This document shows, piece by piece, positions 58,164-64,000 of a DNA stretch of 64,000 nucleotides (within the stretch, counting starts at the first letter, position 1; every line of letters begins with the position of its first letter). This DNA is from Porphyromonas sp. (GTDB lineage Bacteria > Bacteroidota > Bacteroidia > Bacteroidales > Porphyromonadaceae): NCBI GenBank assembly GCA_041854825.1, contig JBHACZ010000024.1, positions 2,050 to 66,049 of the forward strand, read 5' to 3'. A program made the position numbers and the translations under genes. A model generated the notes under the pieces. The model was not told where the DNA came from, did no database searches, and was given only the letters and a program-made list of their open reading frames with translations.

Positions 58164-58171
58164 TACCTTTG
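58164..58171 (+). promoter_or_regulatory. -7 promoter element for tRNA-Ile2
   Basis: TACCTTTG upstream of the tRNA. Confidence 0.6.
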
Positions 58172-58225
58172 TGCCTACAAATGGGGGAGGACGCTAATCT
58201 CTAGCACCTCACACAGACCCCGATC

Positions 58226-58299
58226 GGTCCTATAGCTCAGTCGGTTAGAGCACCTGACTCATAATCAGGGAGTCCTTGGTTCAAGCCCAAGTGGGACCA
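58226..58299 (+). tRNA. tRNA with CAU anticodon, most likely tRNA-Ile2 (lysidine)
   Basis: GGTCCTA..TGGGACC-A acceptor with C4-G69/C5-G68, TAGCTCAGTCGGTTAGAGC, CCTGA-CTCATAA-TCAGG, CTTGG-TTCAAGC-CCAAG. It lacks the initiator C1-A72 mismatch and GGG/CCC anticodon stem. Confidence 0.9.
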
Positions 58300-58306
58300 C
58301 AGACCT

Positions 58307-58349
58307 AAAGCATTCGGCGTATCTCTCTGAGGTAGGCCGAATGCTTTTT
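58307..58349 (+). terminator. Terminator after tRNA-Ile2
   Basis: AAAGCATTCGGC / GCCGAATGCTTT followed by TT. Confidence 0.75.
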
Positions 58350-58479
58350 CTATATCAGTCGAGGATCGAGGCAGAGCCAAGGGCAAACACGGCAGTCTGC
58401 TTAGGCAGATCTTCCTCGAGAGACCCTGCCAAGGAAACACCCCTACCGCGAGAAGAGAAAAGACACCAATGCCCGAGCA

Positions 58480-58573
58480 CTTCTTCAGTTCACGTCGTGG
58501 TCTGTACAGATCACGACGTGAATTATACAGACCACGACGTGGTTTATACAGAGCACGACGTGAACTGGAGAAG
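58480..58573. repeat. Family B array (B3): 4 x 21-bp units
   Basis: Cores at 58491, 58512, 58533, 58554; ends CTTCTTCAGTT / AACTGGAGAAG. Confidence 0.95.
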
Positions 58574-58587
58574 TCTTCCTCGAAGCG

Positions 58588-58700
58588 TCCCTAGACACTT
58601 CCTCGATGTGTCCCCCGAGTGCCTACTGAAGTCTCCCCCGACACTTCAGTAGACACTCGGGGGACACATCAATAGGGAGACGAGGGAGACCCCAATAGAG
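58588..58700. repeat. Family A array (A4): about 5 degenerate 23-bp units with internal fold-back
   Basis: GACAC-like cores at 58594, 58617, 58640, 58663, 58686; GATGTGTCCCCCGAGTG / CACTCGGGGGACACATC inverted repeat. Confidence 0.88.
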
Positions 58701-58938
58701 AGGCGAGCCGCACCGCCATAGTCAGACCTTACTATTGCCCCGATACTCCCGCAGTCAGTTACCTAGAGAGCACAGGTGACAGTCATAGAGACGACGGAGG
58801 GCATCGCCGTGAAGGGCGATCAGCCAGACGGCAGATAAGCCTGCCGGAGCTATCCGTTTGATGTTTTGCGCTTTCATATCTTACATAGCATCGGAGCGCT
58901 GGGCGCAGTTAGGGGTAATATCCTTATCTTTGCAATGT

Positions 58939-59862
58939 ATGGCAACTCGATATTTCTTCAGCGCTTGGCTTATGATCGCCCTCCTTGGGCTAAGCTCTTG
59001 CAGCGCATCGACCAGTAGCAAGCAGGTCTCCGATGGACAGGCTGGCGTCTCCGTGCCTGCCCACCTCCATGACATTGATGAGCGTAGAGACTATATCGTA
59101 CAGCACTATTGGGACACGATCGACCTGCGGGACAGCGTACTGCTGCAAGACAATAGCGGAAGGCTGGAGGCACTATTCATCGACTACTTTGGGCTTATCT
59201 CCACGATGGATGACGAGGCTCTAGCCAAGGCAGCGGTCGCCCCACTCAACGAGATGCAGGGCGAATCACTCCTGCGTGTGCTGAGGATCTACCGAGAGTA
59301 TCTCTTCGAGCCAAGCTCTCCGTTAGAGGATGAGCGCGCCTTCCGCGCTGTACTCGAGTGGGCGATCACCTCGCCACGCGTAGACTTCGCCTACCAGGAG
59401 CAAGCACGCGAGTTGCTCCGTGTCATCAACCTCAATCGCGTCGGCACACCAGCCACAGACTTCATCTACGATACTCCCGAGGGGACTCGGCACCGCCTCT
59501 CGACAGTGCTCAGTCCGCTAACTGTCGTCATCTTCGGCACACGAGGATGCCCGACCTGTCGCATGACCCTTGACTACATCAAGGGCGAGCCTATCTATCG
59601 ACAGCTTGCCGAGCGCGATCAGCTTCGCCTCCTCTACATTTATGTCCAGGACGACGAAGCACTCCCTCTACAGCCTGTCGATAGCACCGCACTCTGGATC
59701 AGCACCGGGCGCGACCACGAGGGGCGTATCATACACGACCAGCTCTACGACATCAAGGCAAGTCCCACGCTCTACCTCCTAGACAGAGATAAGCGCGTGC
59801 TGATGAAGTCTGCCCAGCTCCCAGATCTCACCCATTACCTAGAGCAGGTGCAGACCCGCTAG
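58939..59862 (+). CDS. DUF5106-domain lipoprotein with thioredoxin-like C-terminus
   Basis: Lipobox GLSS-C; HYWD; NRVGTPATDFIY; GCPTC; YDIKASPTLYLLDRDKRV; -7 box TATCTTTG at 58925-58932 supports ATG 58939. Confidence 0.75.
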   Translation: MATRYFFSAWLMIALLGLSSCSASTSSKQVSDGQAGVSVPAHLHDIDERRDYIVQHYWDTIDLRDSVLLQDNSGRLEALFIDYFGLISTMDDEALAKAAVAPLNEMQGESLLRVLRIYREYLFEPSSPLEDERAFRAVLEWAITSPRVDFAYQEQARELLRVINLNRVGTPATDFIYDTPEGTRHRLSTVLSPLTVVIFGTRGCPTCRMTLDYIKGEPIYRQLAERDQLRLLYIYVQDDEALPLQPVDSTALWISTGRDHEGRIIHDQLYDIKASPTLYLLDRDKRVLMKSAQLPDLTHYLEQVQTR

Positions 59863-59936
59863 GCCTCTAGGATAACGACCCCAACCTCCTCCACTCCCTC
59901 ACCTCTCCCTTTCGCATACAGACAAGCCCCTACACG

Positions 59937-60764
59937 ATGAATAAAATCGCTAGCCAACTCGGAGACTTCGCCCGCGCAGGAGCTGACTTTCATCAGCTTA
60001 GTGAGCCAGTCCCTACGGTGATCCAGACCCTCTTTCACCTTAGGTATCAGCTTGCGCTCAACGAACCCGAGCTTACGGGCGAAGACTACGACGTGGAGCA
60101 ACTCATCGCTCAGGTACGGGCATGCGTCGATGATGAGCATTCTCTATCAGACTTCCTTTCTCCCCTGGCACAGCTCGCCACGACACAGAATATCCGTGCC
60201 CTGCGTTTCGTCGAGGAGATACTGCCCGAGCTATCTAAGTCCAAGCGCTGGATGGCACTACTGGCACAGTTCGCCCTCAAGCTTAGTATCATGCAGGATC
60301 TCGTGGATGCGCCACAGGTCGCTCTAGCGAGCGCCCTCGGCGGACAAGATATGCTCATCCGCCTAGACGGCTTCGTCCTGCAGGAGCATCTCGAGCCATG
60401 GGTGCCCTATCAGAGAGAGCTACTCGGCAAGACCATGCAAGAGACCTGCTCCTCCGTCGGCGGTAAGGTCGAGCAAGAGTGGTGGGGCGATGAATACTAT
60501 GGCTTTCGTCTCCTTCTGCCCCTGACGGCAGATACCGAACGCCTACTTCGTGGCGTTATCGAGGAGGTGCGCGAGTATGGACTGCGCACGCACCGCGATA
60601 TGCTGGTGACGAACGGCTTCCCGATCAGTGCCGAACTGATCGAGGCGCGCATCGCTGAGCTACGCACAGGTGAGGCGCGTTCTTTCCAGAATTGGATCGA
60701 GGCAGTACGCACGGACTTTGACCCCGAGCTAGAGGCGATCATTCGCCAGTATTTCAGCGAATAA
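59937..60764 (+). CDS. Hypothetical cytoplasmic protein
   Basis: 275-aa ORF filling the gap, co-oriented in the operon; no motif recognised. Confidence 0.6.
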   Translation: MNKIASQLGDFARAGADFHQLSEPVPTVIQTLFHLRYQLALNEPELTGEDYDVEQLIAQVRACVDDEHSLSDFLSPLAQLATTQNIRALRFVEEILPELSKSKRWMALLAQFALKLSIMQDLVDAPQVALASALGGQDMLIRLDGFVLQEHLEPWVPYQRELLGKTMQETCSSVGGKVEQEWWGDEYYGFRLLLPLTADTERLLRGVIEEVREYGLRTHRDMLVTNGFPISAELIEARIAELRTGEARSFQNWIEAVRTDFDPELEAIIRQYFSE

Positions 60765-60803
60765 GCATCTACATAGACCGATTTATATACAGACACTAGA
60801 CAA

Positions 60804-62381
60804 ATGAATACTCCGACAAGGCAGGGCTCAGCCCTCGGGCTGTCGCCCCTGGCTTTCACACGCCACGTGCTGGCATTTCTTTTCATCAAGCGCTGGTACT
60901 ATATCCTCGCAGGCGTGGCACTCGCCGCCCTCTTTTACATGACGATGCGGGAGAATCTCCCCATGCCATCACGCGAATACTTCGTCACCTACCGCGTCAG
61001 GTACAGCGATCCCAGCATGAACGTCAATGAGCTACGTGGGGAGAACTATCGTCCCGACTGGGCGATGACGAACCCCTTTAGCCGTGAGATGGCGATCAAG
61101 TTCTTCGAGTCTACGCGCATCGTCATGGAGGCAGGCGAACGTATCAACTACTCGGTGAACTACCGTGCCAAGGGCAAAGACATCTACGACTCCATCCCCG
61201 TAGATGTGCGCTTCCTCTCTGACCGCAACATCTTCGACTCCTGGACGGCAACCCTCGAGCCACAGGCAGAGGGCGTACTGATCTCCAAGCTAAAAGGCAC
61301 CTTCCAGCGCCAGCGCGTCAAGAGTGCCGAGGATATTTTCGTCCCCTACGGCACTGAGGTAGAGACCGTCGTCGGCAAGGTACGTGCCACACGCACCGAG
61401 CACCCGCTAGACCAGTATCCCATCATTCGCCTCTCCAAGATGAGTGATGTCCTCACGCAGGATCGTTACGACAAGCACATGCTTCGCTACATGGGGGGTA
61501 ACCTCATCGAGCTCTTCCTCACGGCTTCGTGTACAGAGAAGTTCGCGGGCGACCTCTTCCGCGAGATGGGCAACGTCTACTCCGAGTATGCGCGTGAGCA
61601 TTATCAAAGCAACCTACGCGACTACCTCGCACGTCTCTCCTCCGCCATCGCTCAGGTGAAGTCGGGCGGATACCACGAGCCCGATGGCATTGCCGTTAGC
61701 CCCAGCTCTCAGCAGGCGATGATAGCACGTCTCGAGGACCTAGCAGAGCAAGCCCGCGCGAACGCTGTCATCCTCGAGCAGCAGGATATGCTCGAGCAGC
61801 TCGACCCCCTACTCCTCCGCTCTACGCGTCAGAGTGACGATGGTCGCCCCTTCCTCTACATGATGATCGCCATCTGCCTGATAGTAACCCCTCTGGTACT
61901 GATCACCCTAGAGCTTGCTCTACGTCACAGGGTGATGGATCGCACGTTCCTAGTCGAGACCCTCTGGCGTGATGCACGCCTGCTCGGCACCTTGCCCCGT
62001 ATCAAGAAATCTACGTCAGACCTTGCGTGCCTCGTCGATGCCATCCGCATACGTGTCGATGCCGAGCGGACGAGCCGTAGTGCCTCCGAGGTACTCATCA
62101 CCTCTGTCGCCACTGGCGAAGGGGTCTCTACCTTCGCGCGCCTCCTCACGGAGGCATACGACAGAGCTCCTGCTGACCAGGGGCAGGCACGCCCCGCCCT
62201 CACCGAATGCGCGAGCCTCGGCACCAGCTCGGAGGCACTCGACCGCATCACCCGAGCAGGGACAATGCTCGTCCTCGTCGTACGCCCTGGCTATGCCCGC
62301 CTACCCGAGGTCACAGCCCTGCGCGACCACTGTGCCTACCTAGGCATCACGCCTCTGATCATCTGGAATGACGTCATCTAG
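60804..62381 (+). CDS. Wzc/Wzz-like polysaccharide co-polymerase with degenerate kinase domain
   Basis: TM1 (KRWYYIL), periplasmic region, TM2, then VLITSVATGEGVS (Walker A-like, Lys replaced) and a short C-terminus. Confidence 0.6.
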   Translation: MNTPTRQGSALGLSPLAFTRHVLAFLFIKRWYYILAGVALAALFYMTMRENLPMPSREYFVTYRVRYSDPSMNVNELRGENYRPDWAMTNPFSREMAIKFFESTRIVMEAGERINYSVNYRAKGKDIYDSIPVDVRFLSDRNIFDSWTATLEPQAEGVLISKLKGTFQRQRVKSAEDIFVPYGTEVETVVGKVRATRTEHPLDQYPIIRLSKMSDVLTQDRYDKHMLRYMGGNLIELFLTASCTEKFAGDLFREMGNVYSEYAREHYQSNLRDYLARLSSAIAQVKSGGYHEPDGIAVSPSSQQAMIARLEDLAEQARANAVILEQQDMLEQLDPLLLRSTRQSDDGRPFLYMMIAICLIVTPLVLITLELALRHRVMDRTFLVETLWRDARLLGTLPRIKKSTSDLACLVDAIRIRVDAERTSRSASEVLITSVATGEGVSTFARLLTEAYDRAPADQGQARPALTECASLGTSSEALDRITRAGTMLVLVVRPGYARLPEVTALRDHCAYLGITPLIIWNDVI

Positions 62382-62436
62382 CCTCATGGGCTAGACCTCG
62401 AGACGTCACACCTTCACTCATTAGATACAATAGACT

Positions 62437-63621
62437 ATGTCGATCATCCGCTCGGTACTGGACACCGACCTATACAAGTTCACGACCAGCTACGCCTACA
62501 GCAAGCTCTACCCCAGAGCCTACGGCGAGTTTCGTTTCATCGACCGCGCCCGCACGGCGTATCCTGAAGGGTTCGCAGAGCGCATGCGCCAAGAAATACA
62601 GCAGATGTCACAGCTTGCCCTAAGCCGTGACGAAGTGCTCTTCCTGCACCGTGAGCTACCCTACCTTCCTCCGACGTACATCGACTTCCTGAGAGGCTTC
62701 CGCTTCGACCCCGATGAGATCTCCGTCGAGGTAGATGCCGAGGGACAGCTCTCTGTGGTCGCACGTGGTCTCCTCTACCGCGTTACGCTCTGGGAGACGC
62801 CGATATTGGCTCTAGTGAGCGAGCTGTACTTCGAGATGACCGGACAGCGTCCTGACCTACCCTATGCCGAGGCGACGGTCATCGCCAAGGCAAAGCGTCT
62901 GCGCGAGGCGGGTATCACGTTCTCCATGTTTGGGATGCGACGCCGCTTCAGCTTCGACATCGAGTACCGCATGACAGAGCTTCTACGCGAGCATGCAGGG
63001 GCTTCGCTCTATGGCACGAGCAACGTCTACATCGCCTACCTTCTCGGCATTCGCGTCTCGGGGACACACCCCCATGAATGGATACAATTCCACGGCGCCA
63101 TGTTCGGCTACAAGATGGCAAACTATATGGCGATGGAGGACTGGATCAATGTCTACGACGGCGACCTAGGTACTGTGCTGACCGATACCTATACGACGGA
63201 GGTCTTCATGAGCAACTTTAGCAAGAAGCACGCAATGCTCTTCACCAGCCTACGCCACGATAGTGGAGACCCCTTCGTCTTCGCTGACAAGGCGATCGCC
63301 CGCTACCAGGAGCTACGCGTCGATCCCAAGATCAAGTACATCGTCTTCAGCGATGGGCTCAATCCCGAGCGTGCCATTGAGATCGCCGATTACTGTCGTG
63401 GACGCATCGGTGCGACCTTCGGTATCGGGACGAATTTCAGCTGCGATGTCGGAGCAGGTGTCAAGCCTATGAATATCGTCATGAAGCTCTGGCGATGCAA
63501 GATGACCGAGCGCGATCGCTGGCATCCCTGCGTCAAGCTCAGCGATGTCGATGGCAAGCATACAGGCGAGCGCGCCGAGATCGAGCTAGCACAACGTACA
63601 CTAGGGCTTCCCGTTAGCTAA
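62437..63621 (+). CDS. pncB: Nicotinate phosphoribosyltransferase
   Basis: LDTDLYKF, FGMRRRFS, GTSNV, GTHPHEW, LTDTY, LRHDSGDP, FSDGL, FGIGTN, NIVMK, KLSD..GK. Confidence 0.95.
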   Translation: MSIIRSVLDTDLYKFTTSYAYSKLYPRAYGEFRFIDRARTAYPEGFAERMRQEIQQMSQLALSRDEVLFLHRELPYLPPTYIDFLRGFRFDPDEISVEVDAEGQLSVVARGLLYRVTLWETPILALVSELYFEMTGQRPDLPYAEATVIAKAKRLREAGITFSMFGMRRRFSFDIEYRMTELLREHAGASLYGTSNVYIAYLLGIRVSGTHPHEWIQFHGAMFGYKMANYMAMEDWINVYDGDLGTVLTDTYTTEVFMSNFSKKHAMLFTSLRHDSGDPFVFADKAIARYQELRVDPKIKYIVFSDGLNPERAIEIADYCRGRIGATFGIGTNFSCDVGAGVKPMNIVMKLWRCKMTERDRWHPCVKLSDVDGKHTGERAEIELAQRTLGLPVS

Positions 63622-63673
63622 CGTCCCGTTCATCTCGTCGGGCGTAGCACCTGCGCCCCGCATCTCTACACGC

Positions 63674-64000
63674 ATGTCTCGGAGGATCTGCCTCTACTTC
63701 GGCTCATTCAACCCCCTACATCTCGGGCATCTAGCACTCGCACGCTATGCCCGAGAGCAATTGGGGTTCGACGGAGTGTGGCTCGTCCTTAGCCCTGTCA
63801 ATCCCCACAAGTCACCACACGATCAGCTCCCCTATGCCTATCGTGCGAAGCTCATCCGCGAGGCTATTGCTCCGCATGCGGGGCTTCGGCTCTGCACGAT
63901 CGAGGATGATCTGCCCCACCCACACTATACGGTGCGCACCCTGCGCGCCCTCGGGATGCTCTACCCACACGATAGCCCGAGCCTGCTCATCGGCGCGGAC
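63674..64000 (+). CDS. nadD: Nicotinate-nucleotide adenylyltransferase (runs off window end)
   Basis: Hand translation MSRRICLYFGSFNPLHLGHLAL..VLSPVNPHK..HYTVRTL..LLIGAD; HxGH motif; follows pncB. Confidence 0.9.
   Translation, partial: MSRRICLYFGSFNPLHLGHLALARYAREQLGFDGVWLVLSPVNPHKSPHDQLPYAYRAKLIREAIAPHAGLRLCTIEDDLPHPHYTVRTLRALGMLYPHDSPSLLIGAD

Noticed and set aside
58226-58480. Integrative element at the tRNA-Ile2 or tRNA-Lys 3' end
   Set aside because: No integrase, no duplicated tRNA 3' end (att site) and no cargo genes; both tRNAs are followed by ordinary terminators.

Overview
A 64 kb core-chromosome segment from a Bacteroidota (Bacteroidales) bacterium, most likely a Porphyromonas. 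The evidence is TAnnTTTG -7 promoters, an SOD, RprY and DPP7 resembling those of P. gingivalis, a T9SS C-terminal domain, serine palmitoyltransferase and a Na+-pumping methylmalonyl-CoA decarboxylase operon. I support about 52 CDS (housekeeping, proteolysis, metal/oxidative stress, purine salvage, NAD synthesis), tRNA-Lys(UUU), tRNA-Ile2(CAU) and many long intergenic hairpins. No transposase, integrase, prophage, cas gene or CRISPR array is visible. The most striking unexplained structure is non-coding: 11 short tandem arrays from four unrelated sequence families (A and C, 23-bp period; B and D, 21-bp period) sit at operon boundaries. B, C and D units are internally palindromic. Copies of each family share conserved ends, and copy number varies. 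Family A carries a terminal alternating purine-pyrimidine tract, and one family D array lies directly upstream of an HU-like/winged-helix DNA-binding gene. Protein-level oddities: an SOD with a signal peptide, a carboxyltransferase whose biotin domain lacks the biotin lysine, an uncalled 50-aa MmdE-like ORF, a Pol I with a degenerate proofreading domain, and a Wzc-like protein with a broken Walker A. All assignments come from motif recognition by eye; no database searches were run.
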